A stretch of 64,000 bases of DNA from a virus, in IMG/VR virus record IMGVR_UViG_3300042691_038651, positions 36,843-100,842 of that record; one strand, written 5' to 3'. Of this stretch, positions 10,023 to 20,257 are shown one piece after another. The notes below the pieces were generated by a model. The model was not told where the DNA came from, searched no databases, and saw only the letters and a list, made by a program, of their open reading frames with translations. A program made the position numbers and the translations under genes. The first letter of the stretch is position 1. Each line of letters begins with the position of its first letter.

Positions 10023-10620
10023 AGAAGACCTGGAAAACAAGAAAGACAACGAAGAGTTTTCTGACACCAGCCTCATCTCCGTGCATGGAGATCACATCTA
10101 CTTTTACGCCCCGGTAAACCAGGAATCTGCACTGATTCTTAATCAAAAACTGCATCAGGTATCGATGCAAAGCCTGGGTGGCATTTTCAATAGCATGTAC
10201 GAGGTAAACCCACCACCACCAATCTGGCTACACATCAATTCCTATGGCGGAGAGGTGTTTGCTGCTTTTGCAATTGCTGACACTATCGAACGTATCAAGA
10301 CAACCGTTCCAATCGTTACAGTCGTGGAAGGCTGTGCTGCTTCTGCTGCAACCATCATTTCTACGGCGGGAACAAGACGCCTCATGCGAAAGAATTCATA
10401 TATGCTCATACACGAGCTTAGTGATATGGCATGGGGAAAACAGTCGGAGTTGGAGGACCACATACAGAGCAATAAGGACATCATGAAGACCATGAAAGAC
10501 TGGTATGCGCAGCGCACCAAGATCAAACCCGAAGATCTTGAAGAAATCTTAAAGCGCGACCGTTGGTGGAACTCAAAACTGTGTAAGACCAAATATGGTC
10601 TAGTTGATGACATCATCTAA
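10000..10620 (+). CDS. ClpP-like protease
   Basis: INSYGG, AASAA (Ser), LIHE (His), RD.W (Asp); likely ATG 10000. Confidence 0.88.
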   Translation: MKRLNQSREDLENKKDNEEFSDTSLISVHGDHIYFYAPVNQESALILNQKLHQVSMQSLGGIFNSMYEVNPPPPIWLHINSYGGEVFAAFAIADTIERIKTTVPIVTVVEGCAASAATIISTAGTRRLMRKNSYMLIHELSDMAWGKQSELEDHIQSNKDIMKTMKDWYAQRTKIKPEDLEEILKRDRWWNSKLCKTKYGLVDDII

Positions 10621-10645
10621 AACCAAAATCACCCTGTGAATATAA
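10618..10645 (+). promoter_or_regulatory. Class 2 promoter
   Basis: TAAAAC-N16-ATATAA. Confidence 0.7.
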
Positions 10646-10668
10646 CTATCAAATCTTAAAAATCTAAA

Positions 10669-11418
10669 ATGGAAAAAGTAACACTGAAAGTAAAGTCAGC
10701 TTCCGAGTTTACCAACTTCTTGAAGCGATTCTCGCCAATCGAAAGCACGTTATTGCTCGAAATCGAGAACGGGTATTTGAAAGCCAAAACCCACACACCT
10801 GAGCGCAGCGTAGTAAAATCTTCCAAGATCGACATGAGTCAGATCTTCGACATGGAAGGCGTAATTACAACTGGCCAAAACATCCTGTTTGGAATCTTCA
10901 GCGTCGACAAATTGACTGAAGCGTTCAAACACTTCTCTGAGACTGATGTAGAATTTACATTGTCTTATGAAAACACCACTGATGGAATGGTTGGTACTGA
11001 GGTAATTCTATCAAGTCCAAGCTTAACAATCAACTTCCAATGCGCAAGCTTGAGATTGTTTACGCACATCACTGATGAAATGATGGACCGCATCAGCAAC
11101 ACCGAAGCTGCTCCAATCAACTTTGTTCTTACTAAAGAACATCAGAAAAGAATCTCTTCAATCTCAACTATCGACAGCGACCACAAGCTTTTGACAGTCA
11201 ATGTTAAAGAAGGAAATGTAAACGTAACTGGAAGAAGTTACGATCTTTCCCTAATGAGCATCGACGATAAAGCTGCTGATGATGTATCAATTTCAATTTA
11301 CAAGAACCAATTTAGCTTCTTGGATCGCGAGGATGCTGTGGCTCACTTATCAGGTGACCGTATCGTATTTTCTTCAATTGAAACTGAAACAAAGACAATC
11401 ATCGGCAAAGCAGAGTAA
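10669..11418 (+). CDS. DNA sliding clamp (gp45/PCNA-like)
   Basis: 249 aa acidic; LKRFSPIESTLLL resembles gp45 LKNFS.IN; immediately upstream of the polymerase. Confidence 0.7.
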   Translation: MEKVTLKVKSASEFTNFLKRFSPIESTLLLEIENGYLKAKTHTPERSVVKSSKIDMSQIFDMEGVITTGQNILFGIFSVDKLTEAFKHFSETDVEFTLSYENTTDGMVGTEVILSSPSLTINFQCASLRLFTHITDEMMDRISNTEAAPINFVLTKEHQKRISSISTIDSDHKLLTVNVKEGNVNVTGRSYDLSLMSIDDKAADDVSISIYKNQFSFLDREDAVAHLSGDRIVFSSIETETKTIIGKAE

Positions 11419-12603
11419 ATGGTGAGTACATACAAACATTGTCAAATTGACCCAAAGACCGCATCAAGGGATGAGATCCTGGCTGAAATTGCCAGGCTCA
11501 ATGCCCTGATGAATGAGAAGGGTAATGAGGAACAGGCAATCAAGATCTTCATTAACTCTATCTATGGTGCAACGGCTTCACCCTACTTTGTTGGTTACAA
11601 CGTTCGGGTAGCGGAAGCTATTACGCTTCAGGGACAGGACATCATTAAGTTTGTATCAAAAACCATCAACCGTTACTTTCATGAATTTTGGCATCGTGAT
11701 ACTGAGCTTCATACCAAGCTGGGTATCACGAAAGTCGAAAAGGTAAAAGATGAAGTAACAATCTACGGCGACACCGACTCCGCCTATGTATCGTTCCAGG
11801 AGCCTCTCTTTGGTTCAGATTGGAAAGGCGAGGATCCCACTGAATTTGTACTTGGCGTTTACAACCACCGTCTAAAAGACTACCTCAAAAAGGCTTTTGA
11901 TAAATATGGCCAAATGTGGGGTACGGAAAACATTCAGGATTTGGAAATGGAAACCATCTCATATTCCGCAATCTTCCTTCGCAAGAAGAAGTATGTATTG
12001 GATTTGCGATGGAAAGATCCTGGCGTATTCTTTGAACCACAGTCCAAGATCAAGGCCAAAGGCGTGGAAATTGCACAGTCATCCACACCAAGTTTCATTC
12101 GTCTCAGAATGAAAAAGCTCTTGGAGTATATTTTCAGGGAAAAAGACAAACTGAACCTTCGCACTTTTGCAGATCTTCTTAAAGAAGAAAAGCGGGCGTT
12201 CACCGTAGAAAACATCGAAAACGTAGCATTCTCATCATCCATCAGCGATTATGAAAAAGGCATTTCCGATGACCGTAAAAAGTTGGTGATTAATGCACAC
12301 TGTCCGATACACGTCCGGGCCGCAGGTTACCACAACTACTTGCTCAACAATTCAAAGTGGAAGAACAAGTATCAACTCATCAAATCAGGAGACAAAGTTC
12401 GTTATTACTACGCAAAAGCCGAACGCGGCGAAGAAAATGTATTTGCATTCCTGCCCGGTAACTTCCCGGTAGAACTGGCACCTGCTGTAGATTATGATAC
12501 TCAATTTTCAAAAGGATTGATTGAACCTCTAAACCGGTTTATCTCGGCTATTGGTCTTCCTCCAATCTCTTCTGAAATCATTGTTCGAACACAACTCTTC
12601 TAA
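11419..12603 (+). CDS. Family B DNA polymerase, C-terminal half only (split gp43)
   Basis: KIFINSIYG (motif B), YGDTDS (motif C), KKKY, KGVE; lacks exonuclease and motif A; ends QLF. Confidence 0.9.
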   Translation: MVSTYKHCQIDPKTASRDEILAEIARLNALMNEKGNEEQAIKIFINSIYGATASPYFVGYNVRVAEAITLQGQDIIKFVSKTINRYFHEFWHRDTELHTKLGITKVEKVKDEVTIYGDTDSAYVSFQEPLFGSDWKGEDPTEFVLGVYNHRLKDYLKKAFDKYGQMWGTENIQDLEMETISYSAIFLRKKKYVLDLRWKDPGVFFEPQSKIKAKGVEIAQSSTPSFIRLRMKKLLEYIFREKDKLNLRTFADLLKEEKRAFTVENIENVAFSSSISDYEKGISDDRKKLVINAHCPIHVRAAGYHNYLLNNSKWKNKYQLIKSGDKVRYYYAKAERGEENVFAFLPGNFPVELAPAVDYDTQFSKGLIEPLNRFISAIGLPPISSEIIVRTQLF

Positions 12604-12618
12604 AATAAAGTAAAACAA

Positions 12619-13851
12619 ATGGCAAAAGAATTCTCTTTCAATGATCTCGACGAACAGCTCACCAAGATTAGTCCTAAAGGCTCTGTAATCTCCGCAAACT
12701 CTTACTCAAGAATTGACGAATGGATTAGCACGGGTAACTACCTGCTTAATGCACAATTAAGCGGTTCGCTCTTTGGTGGCATTCCAAACAGTCGTTCAAT
12801 CTGCTTGGCCGGTGAATCCGGAACAGGCAAAACTTTCTTGGCTCTCAACATCTGTCGCGAGGCTCAACTCATGGGTTACAATATCATCTATTGCGACTCC
12901 GAGGCTGCGGTTGACCAGGACGTAATTCAAAACTTTGGCGTGGATCCGGATTCATTCCGTTACCAACCAGTAAGTACACCACTTGAAGTAAGACAATTTG
13001 TTGCACACCTTTGCGACCAATTGAAAAAGGCAAAAGACGCAGGCAAAGCTCTGCCAAAGGTTATGCTGGTACTCGACTCACTTGGAAACCTGGCCACTAC
13101 AAAGGAACGTGCTGATGCAATCAGCGGATCCGATAAACGCGATATGACCAAGCAACAAGAACTTCGTTCATTGTTCCGCGTAATCACAGCTGACTTGGCC
13201 GAGCTAAAGATTCCTTTCGTCTTTACCAACCACACATATGCAACCATCGGTTCATACGTACCTGGCCAAACAATCTCAGGTGGTGGTGGCGCAATCTATA
13301 ACGCGTCAGTTATTCTACAGCTTTCTAAGGCTGGATTGAAGGAAGATGGTACCAATAAGACTGGTATCATTGTAACCTCTAAACCCGCAAAGAATCGTTT
13401 TGCTCGTCCGCTTCCTATCAAGTTTCACATCAGTTTCTACAAAGGTATGAATCCCTATGTTGGTCTTGAACAATTCCTTAGCTGGAAAAATTGTGGAGTT
13501 CAACGTGGTAAGTTGCTTACTGAGAAGGAATTCCAAAAGTACTACAAGGAGGACAATCCAAAGTACCAAGAGGTTCTTGAGACAGAAATCAGCAGAACTG
13601 CCGAGGACGGTACAGTTGAAAAGTTCTACCTCGAGGCAAAAGAAACTGCACGAACTATCGCAGTTGCTCACCTGTTCGACGTAATCAAGCCACAAGAACT
13701 CTTTTCTTCAAAGGTGTTCACCAAGGATATGCTTAAGAAACTGGATGAAAACTTTATCCAAACAATGTTTAAGCTTCCAAATGTATCCACACTCGGCGAC
13801 ATTGAAAATGACGAAATCTCTGAAATGATATCCGATGAGTCTGAAGATTGA
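12619..13851 (+). CDS. uvsX: RecA-like recombinase UvsX
   Basis: STGNYLLN.QLSG...GG, GESGTGKT, DSEAA, LDSLGNL, NHTY, SGGGG. Confidence 0.92.
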   Translation: MAKEFSFNDLDEQLTKISPKGSVISANSYSRIDEWISTGNYLLNAQLSGSLFGGIPNSRSICLAGESGTGKTFLALNICREAQLMGYNIIYCDSEAAVDQDVIQNFGVDPDSFRYQPVSTPLEVRQFVAHLCDQLKKAKDAGKALPKVMLVLDSLGNLATTKERADAISGSDKRDMTKQQELRSLFRVITADLAELKIPFVFTNHTYATIGSYVPGQTISGGGGAIYNASVILQLSKAGLKEDGTNKTGIIVTSKPAKNRFARPLPIKFHISFYKGMNPYVGLEQFLSWKNCGVQRGKLLTEKEFQKYYKEDNPKYQEVLETEISRTAEDGTVEKFYLEAKETARTIAVAHLFDVIKPQELFSSKVFTKDMLKKLDENFIQTMFKLPNVSTLGDIENDEISEMISDESED

Positions 13852-14137
13852 TAGAAAAAGGCTTCCTGCCAAGTATGCATTGGAGGTCTACAAAATGGTT
13901 GATGGCTATCCGTCAACCATTGATCTTTTATATGAGGTTGTAACTATATTGGAGGAGCGTAAAGCTCTGGAAGAAAAGTTCACAGCAAAATCTATGATGC
14001 GTGAAGTAAGCGTTAGGGTTGATGATAAAGATCTGGAAGATAGCATGGACGAAATGGTAGTAGAAGGATGGCTCCGAAGAGTCGATGATGGTTACCAATT
14101 AGCCAAACATCCGTGGGAAACCAATGACAAACCGTGA
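13835..14137 (+). CDS. Hypothetical protein, possible winged helix
   Basis: Coupled ORF; helix-helix-GWLRRVDDGY wing pattern. Confidence 0.6.
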   Translation: MSLKIDRKRLPAKYALEVYKMVDGYPSTIDLLYEVVTILEERKALEEKFTAKSMMREVSVRVDDKDLEDSMDEMVVEGWLRRVDDGYQLAKHPWETNDKP

Positions 14138-14143
14138 ATATAA
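14116..14143 (+). promoter_or_regulatory. Class 2 promoter
   Basis: GGAAAC-N16-ATATAA. Confidence 0.65.
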
Positions 14144-14149
14144 CTTAAT

Positions 14150-15451
14150 ATGACATCTACCCACTTAGAAAAAATCTTCTTTCATTACCTACAGGCAAAC
14201 CGTGAATTGCAAGGTATTGTAGAACCACGCTTTTTTGAATCTACTCTGATTCGAAAGGTATACGAACTCTCTCGTGAGTTCTCACAAAAGTACAGCGACG
14301 CTCCAACTCGCAACCAAATCTTGGAAATTGCCAAGATGAAAAACATGGAGGAGGACGTCACAGAAACTGCTCTAGTTCCGCTGTACGACATCAACCTTTC
14401 CGAATACGAGGAAGAGTGGTTGAAGGAAACTGCTGAGTCATGGATTGAATACAAGAATCTTGATACTTCAATCTTCGATGTCATCAACTACTTAAAAACT
14501 ACCAAGGTTTCTGCGGAAAACATCAAGGATGTGGTAGAAAAAGTAAAAGGAATTGTCAATGACAGGAACTCAATCGAGTTTGGTTTTGATGAAGGCCTTG
14601 ACTTTTTCAATCCAGATTCACACATACAGCCGACCAACGATACCTTTTCTACCGGCTATAACTACATCGACCTGGTTCTAGGTGGCGGTTTCTATTCCAA
14701 AGCTCTTTTCTGTTTTATTGGCGAAATGAAGATTGGTAAGTCAATTTGGCTTGCTAATTTGGCTGCCAATAGCGTCCGCCAAGGTTTCAATACCGCAGTC
14801 ATCTCTCTCGAGATGCGAGACAGAAAACTTATCAAACGTCTAGGCGCAAACCTTCTTGGTATTTCCATGCGAGATTACGGAAATGCTGCAACTGATAAAG
14901 TTGCGATGAAGAAAAAGCTTGGCAATATGGGATACGATAGTTTGGTTATGCCAGGTAAACTCTTCGTAAAAGAATTCCCAACATCTTCAGCAGGCGTACC
15001 TGATATCGAAAAGTATCTCAAGAAAATGGAGGAAACCAAAGGCATAAAGTTCAAGGTAGTGGTTCTCGACTACATCAATATTTTGAAGAACTGGCGGAAT
15101 CCAAATACTGAGAATATGTACATGAAGATCAAACAAATTGCCGAAGACCTTCGGGCGATGGCAATGCGTAATGATTGGGCGATAGTAACTGCTACACAGG
15201 TCAACCGCTCGGGTTTTGGAAGTACCGACTTAAGTATTACAAACATTTCCGAATCTGCTGCGTTAGGCCACACGGTGGATGCAATGTTTGGTATCATCCA
15301 GGATGAAATTATGCACGCCAACCGCGAATATACCCTAAAGTTGCTAGCCAACCGTGATGATGGCTATAAAAATAGCAGAAAGAAATTCAACATTGACTAT
15401 GACTATATGCGCATCACTGAGGATACAACAACTGAAATAATAACCGAATAA
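14150..15451 (+). CDS. Replicative helicase (gp41/DnaB-like)
   Basis: IGKS Walker A, ISLEM, VLDYINI, TATQVNR, SESAA. Confidence 0.92.
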   Translation: MTSTHLEKIFFHYLQANRELQGIVEPRFFESTLIRKVYELSREFSQKYSDAPTRNQILEIAKMKNMEEDVTETALVPLYDINLSEYEEEWLKETAESWIEYKNLDTSIFDVINYLKTTKVSAENIKDVVEKVKGIVNDRNSIEFGFDEGLDFFNPDSHIQPTNDTFSTGYNYIDLVLGGGFYSKALFCFIGEMKIGKSIWLANLAANSVRQGFNTAVISLEMRDRKLIKRLGANLLGISMRDYGNAATDKVAMKKKLGNMGYDSLVMPGKLFVKEFPTSSAGVPDIEKYLKKMEETKGIKFKVVVLDYINILKNWRNPNTENMYMKIKQIAEDLRAMAMRNDWAIVTATQVNRSGFGSTDLSITNISESAALGHTVDAMFGIIQDEIMHANREYTLKLLANRDDGYKNSRKKFNIDYDYMRITEDTTTEIITE

Positions 15452-15452
15452 C

Positions 15453-15878
15453 ATGGCAAAAGAAGACAAAATCTTTAACAACCGGTACAACACTGGTGAA
15501 ATCAGCTACGAGCCGTTTCCCAAAATGCGTATCGATCTGCCTGAGAACTTCGACATATTGGAAGAATATCAAGCTCACGAGCTACAAAAAGTATTGCTGG
15601 AAATCTTCCAAGCTGCTCCATTTTTTGAAACGCTTACCAATAATCGCAAAGTTCCCAAAGGCGAATCTTGCAAAATCTTCTATCACTTTGAAGATGAACT
15701 AAATAAAAGAGCGGATATGCGACTGATGGATAAGTTCATCATAGTAGCCGACTTTATGGAAATGAGTTACGAAGTACTCTACAAAGAAATCAGTATCAAA
15801 CACAAAGAAACTCTTCTCAAAGAAATGGACGACGAATACGGCATATTCAAGAAGAGAAACATACACAGATTGTTCTAA
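15453..15878 (+). CDS. Possible gp33-like late transcription coactivator
   Basis: C-terminal D.FI....ME...E...K.IS...KE.L..E pattern like T4-type gp33; ends RLF. Confidence 0.45.
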   Translation: MAKEDKIFNNRYNTGEISYEPFPKMRIDLPENFDILEEYQAHELQKVLLEIFQAAPFFETLTNNRKVPKGESCKIFYHFEDELNKRADMRLMDKFIIVADFMEMSYEVLYKEISIKHKETLLKEMDDEYGIFKKRNIHRLF

Positions 15879-16966
15879 TGAAAATTGACGCAAAAAGAAT
15901 TTGGCTAGTTAGTGATACCCATCTGGGTGTCAGGTCCAACTCGAGAGAGTGGATGGATAACATTGAGTCGTACTTCCGTGAATTCTTTATGCCCACAATT
16001 AAGAAGCATTATCAGCCTGGAGATGTGGTGGTACACTGCGGCGATGTATTTGATTCGCGGCAGTCCATCAACCTCTACATCATGAACAAAGGAATTTCCA
16101 TTTTCGAAGACTTGGCAGAAATCTTGCCGGTCTATATGATTATTGGAAACCATGACATCTTTATGAAGAGTTCAAATGAAATCAATTCGTTGAAAGTCTT
16201 CAAGAACAGCAAGAACATTACCATTTTTGAGGAACCGCAAAAGGTAAAGTTTGGTCCACGGACTGCTCTAATGATGCCGTGGCGAGAAAATCACCACGCG
16301 GAAGCTGAGGTGCTTAACGACCCAGCCAATTTTGCTGACCTGGTATTTTGTCACACTGATGTAAAAGGCTTTACTTTTAACAAGATGCAGAGAATTGAAG
16401 ACGGTAATGATGCTGACACATATGAAAAGTATCAACGCGTCTACTCAGGGCATATTCACTGGGCACAGAAGTTTAAGAACATACGAATGCTGGGTTCTCC
16501 TTATCAGCTCACGAGAAGCGATAACGGAAATACCAAAAGCATTTGGCTGCTTGACCTGGAAACTCTAGAAGAAACCCAGTTTGAAAACACGCATTCTCCA
16601 AAGTTTGTTCGTTTCAAACTTGATTGGTTGCTGGAACAGCCAATGGAACACATACAGTCTCTGTTTGAAAACAATTATGTAGATATCATGGTTGATGCAA
16701 CCTGGTCTACATGGTTCCCGTTCTCAATTTTCACAGAGGCGTTTACAGGCTATCGCAAAATCAACTACATCATTACTACCACTGATTCAGAATCAGAAGA
16801 TGGCGATCTACCAGTAGAAAATGAGGAAATCAATCTCCTGAAAATGATTGAGCTTCATATTGAAAGTCTTCCTTACAATGAAGGTTTGAAAGAAAAGCTC
16901 ACAAAAGTATCAACACAGATCTACAATAAGATCTCACAAAACCTAAGCAGAGGCTCAACCGAATGA
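15878..16966 (+). CDS. Mre11/SbcD-like nuclease (gp47)
   Basis: SDTHLG, GDVFD, GNHD, GHIH, GSP phosphoesterase motifs. Confidence 0.92.
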   Translation: MKIDAKRIWLVSDTHLGVRSNSREWMDNIESYFREFFMPTIKKHYQPGDVVVHCGDVFDSRQSINLYIMNKGISIFEDLAEILPVYMIIGNHDIFMKSSNEINSLKVFKNSKNITIFEEPQKVKFGPRTALMMPWRENHHAEAEVLNDPANFADLVFCHTDVKGFTFNKMQRIEDGNDADTYEKYQRVYSGHIHWAQKFKNIRMLGSPYQLTRSDNGNTKSIWLLDLETLEETQFENTHSPKFVRFKLDWLLEQPMEHIQSLFENNYVDIMVDATWSTWFPFSIFTEAFTGYRKINYIITTTDSESEDGDLPVENEEINLLKMIELHIESLPYNEGLKEKLTKVSTQIYNKISQNLSRGSTE

Positions 16967-18639
16967 AGATAAAAAGCATAGAGTGGAAAAACTTTAACTC
17001 GTACGGAAACCGTATGCAGAAAATTGCATTTGATGCAAATCAAGGCGCATTTTATGTAGTGACGGGACATAACGGCGCAGGTAAGTCTACTATCTCAGAC
17101 GTCATCAAATATGGATTGTACGGAAGACTCGATAACAAGAAAAACCGTGACATTCCAAACCGCTTCAACGGAAATATGTTTGTCCGTGTAGTGGTAGAAA
17201 AAATGCCAGGTGTTGAGGCAACCATTGAACGTGGATTGGCCCCAAACTTCTTTAGGCTTTACATCAACGGCAAGGAATATGACCAGGCCGGTAAAAGAAA
17301 TGTACAAGACTACCTTGAAGAGGAAATCTTGGGAATGCCATACTACATTTTCAACAACATCGTTTCACTCTCAATCAATGACTTTAAGTCATTCCTGGGA
17401 ATGAGCCCGGCAGACAAGCGCCAAATCATTGATAAGCTATTTGGATTGGAAATGCTTGCTCACCTACGTTGGTATGTGAAAGAGCACCTCAAAGGAATCC
17501 GTGAAGGCATTTCCAATGTGGAAACTGAGATTGCCGTTTTGGAACGCACAATTGAAAAGTCCAACTCGGAATTAGAACTTCTATATGAAAAACTTAAGTC
17601 AGCTGATGAAGAAAAGAAAGTTCAGCTTATTGAAGGTATTCAAAAAGTTCAAGGATACATTGCCGAGGCTGACAAACGCCTGAGTGAAATTGAGGAAAAA
17701 GATGGATCCCTACGAGATGCACTACGGGAATGGAATAAAAAACTTACAGACAAGCAGTATGAGTTAAGAGCAAAACGCGAAAAGGACTCCCTCTACAAAA
17801 ATGATTGCTGTCCTACCTGTGGTTCTGACCTGCACACCGACTATCACAAAACCTTAATGGAGGAAAACGCCGAAGAAATCAAAATGATTGAAGGTGAACT
17901 TGTTTCTATCAAGGAGTCTGTGAAAACTCTGGAAGAAAACGGTAAGAAGATAACCGAGATTCGTACCGACCTCAGTGGAAAGAAATCTGCGGCCAAGCAA
18001 AAAATAGCAACTCTGCAAAGAGACCTAAGTCTCCTGTCCGATGATGATGTAAAGGATGAGCAAACCGGTTCTCTGAAAAGCATTATCGATGATTCCGAAA
18101 CCAAGAAAATTGATGCTTTAAAGAAGAAGGACGAAGAAGAGAAGAAATCAAACTTCTACAAAATCATTGAAGAGATATTTGGCGACCGTGGCGTAAAACT
18201 GTCTGCTATCAAAAGAATTGTACCAGTGCTCAATCAGGAAATACGCAAAGTTTTGAAAGAATTGAACGTGGACTACCGTGTATCTTTTGAGGAAGACTTC
18301 AGCGTAAAGATTCTACACATGGGATATGATGTATCGGCTGACCAGCTGAGCACTGGCGAAAGAAAGAAGATCGACTTTGCTGTAATCATTGCTCTGATTC
18401 GCATCATGAAGATTAAGTTTCATGGCCTAAACCTCATCTTCCTAGATGAAATCTTCTCCTCAATTGATAGCGATGGTATTTGGCACATCCTTAAAGTACT
18501 ATCCAATGCTTCCAAGGAGCTTGGCCTACATACCTTTGTAATTAACCACAGCAATCTACCAACCGAAGTATTTGACTACAGAGTAGAAATTGAGAAGAAA
18601 AACGGCTTTTCTGAACTAAATGTTGAGGCAGTAAGCTAA
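16963..18639 (+). CDS. Rad50/SbcC-like ATPase (gp46)
   Basis: GHNGAGKS, CPTCG zinc hook, LSTGE, FLDE. Confidence 0.93.
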   Translation: MKIKSIEWKNFNSYGNRMQKIAFDANQGAFYVVTGHNGAGKSTISDVIKYGLYGRLDNKKNRDIPNRFNGNMFVRVVVEKMPGVEATIERGLAPNFFRLYINGKEYDQAGKRNVQDYLEEEILGMPYYIFNNIVSLSINDFKSFLGMSPADKRQIIDKLFGLEMLAHLRWYVKEHLKGIREGISNVETEIAVLERTIEKSNSELELLYEKLKSADEEKKVQLIEGIQKVQGYIAEADKRLSEIEEKDGSLRDALREWNKKLTDKQYELRAKREKDSLYKNDCCPTCGSDLHTDYHKTLMEENAEEIKMIEGELVSIKESVKTLEENGKKITEIRTDLSGKKSAAKQKIATLQRDLSLLSDDDVKDEQTGSLKSIIDDSETKKIDALKKKDEEEKKSNFYKIIEEIFGDRGVKLSAIKRIVPVLNQEIRKVLKELNVDYRVSFEEDFSVKILHMGYDVSADQLSTGERKKIDFAVIIALIRIMKIKFHGLNLIFLDEIFSSIDSDGIWHILKVLSNASKELGLHTFVINHSNLPTEVFDYRVEIEKKNGFSELNVEAVS

Positions 18640-18648
18640 GATATATAG
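18640..18648 (+). promoter_or_regulatory. Class 3 (late) promoter
   Basis: GATATATAG. Confidence 0.7.
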
Positions 18649-18666
18649 TAAAACAAAACAACCTTA

Positions 18667-20196
18667 GTGCCTTCAAACTATCTACATAAGTTCAACACTG
18701 ACAATGTTCACGCAAGAGCAGTGATTGTAGGGCTGGTGAACTTGCTCAATAGCAAGATCCAGTTCGAAAACATCTACTCTGATACTGACACTCAGATTGT
18801 AGAGGTTCCGTTCTACTACAATTTTGGTGGAGATGAGCGTTTCTTACAGGACTATTTCCTGCAATGGAATGAGTGTCTTACTCCCAAAATGGTGGATGGA
18901 AACGTCGATCCCATACCTCGAGGTATTGTAACACTAGAATCCAGCGCTATCAATACCAATATGATGACTAATCGCTTTATACGCGGAAACTATGTCAAGC
19001 AGGTTGGGAATGATGTGCTAACATACAATGCCTTTCTCAACCCTATACCTCTGACCATGAACTTTACAGTGAAGATTGTTACAGATACTTCACTTGATGC
19101 GTTCAAAGTACAGCAGGCTGTGTTAGAGACATTCTACAAAACCCAAGTGTTTTCTGTAGAGTTCAAAGGATTCCGTGTTCCTTGTCAGGTTGGATTCCCA
19201 GAAGACCAGGGAATTGAGAAGACATTTGAGTTTACATACCAGACCGAGACTGAGATCTCATTCAATTGTCCGCTACAACTCGAGACATACTTCCCGGTTA
19301 CCGACCCTACAACAGAAAGATTTGGTGGAAACCGCATGAACTATCCAGGAGGACCTAACATTGAATGGAGTTCTGATGAGACTTACGCAAAACCAAGATT
19401 TAACATCTCAGCGCCCTCTCATCAAGAAACATACTTTTCATCAGGTACGATGCCAATCGAGTGGACAAATACAGGACCAATTACCAGAGTAAACATTTAC
19501 TGGAGATTGGTAGGAAATGTTGATTGGACTCCAATTGTAAAGAACTATCAAAACTCCGGTTCTTATGTCTGGGAAGTGCCTTTCCTCAATGCTTCCGGTA
19601 CTATTGTACCTAAAGAGACTACAAAAGCCTTTGTACAAACTGCCACTGGAGAATCGGCTAGGCTACGCGCTATCATAGATGCATTAGGAAGCGTAGACAA
19701 TATCATTGTACTCGACGGCGGATATGCATATGAAGGCACAGACACCATCATTGTTAATGATGAGACGCTCACAGTCACAGCACCTACCATTTCACCTAAC
19801 GTGGTAGCAGGTACTATCACAGGTTCTACAATATATGCGGTAGGATCTGGGTTTACGCCATCGCCAGTAAACCTAATTGAGATTAAAGTGGAGAATGCTA
19901 ACAATGAAAGGGTTTACGAAATAATGAAAAGAGAGATAACATATCAGGCCCAGGTATCATCTGGATCAAATCTTCTAACCAACATCGTACCAGACATTTC
20001 AGTTTCACAAAACTTAACAGATTTGGCTCTCTATGTAGGGATGCCTGTCGCCGGTGCCGGCATTCCAGCTGGCGCATACATTACGCAAATACTTTCTGGA
20101 ACGAACCAGATACAAATATCAACCAACGCTAACGTTTCATCTGCTTTGACCCTAATCAATGGCGGAAAACTTGATGGATCTATTACAATCAAGTAA
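18667..20196 (+). CDS. Tail sheath stabilizer/terminator (gp15-like) with C-terminal beta-rich extension
   Basis: VPFYY...ERFL, P.P..MNF...I pattern; follows a late promoter. Confidence 0.55.
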   Translation: MPSNYLHKFNTDNVHARAVIVGLVNLLNSKIQFENIYSDTDTQIVEVPFYYNFGGDERFLQDYFLQWNECLTPKMVDGNVDPIPRGIVTLESSAINTNMMTNRFIRGNYVKQVGNDVLTYNAFLNPIPLTMNFTVKIVTDTSLDAFKVQQAVLETFYKTQVFSVEFKGFRVPCQVGFPEDQGIEKTFEFTYQTETEISFNCPLQLETYFPVTDPTTERFGGNRMNYPGGPNIEWSSDETYAKPRFNISAPSHQETYFSSGTMPIEWTNTGPITRVNIYWRLVGNVDWTPIVKNYQNSGSYVWEVPFLNASGTIVPKETTKAFVQTATGESARLRAIIDALGSVDNIIVLDGGYAYEGTDTIIVNDETLTVTAPTISPNVVAGTITGSTIYAVGSGFTPSPVNLIEIKVENANNERVYEIMKREITYQAQVSSGSNLLTNIVPDISVSQNLTDLALYVGMPVAGAGIPAGAYITQILSGTNQIQISTNANVSSALTLINGGKLDGSITIK

Positions 20197-20222
20197 CTTT
20201 CACAGAATCATGGAGAAGAAGA

Positions 20223-20231
20223 GATATATAG
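20223..20231 (+). promoter_or_regulatory. Class 3 (late) promoter
   Basis: GATATATAG. Confidence 0.7.
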
Positions 20232-20257
20232 TTAGGAAGAAAATAAACTAAAGTAAC

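Noticed and set aside
11410-11425. Read-through fusion of clamp and polymerase (GAG TAA ATG in frame); the same arrangement occurs at 9645-9650
   Set aside because: TAA is a strong stop, and adjacent stop-start is ordinary translational coupling
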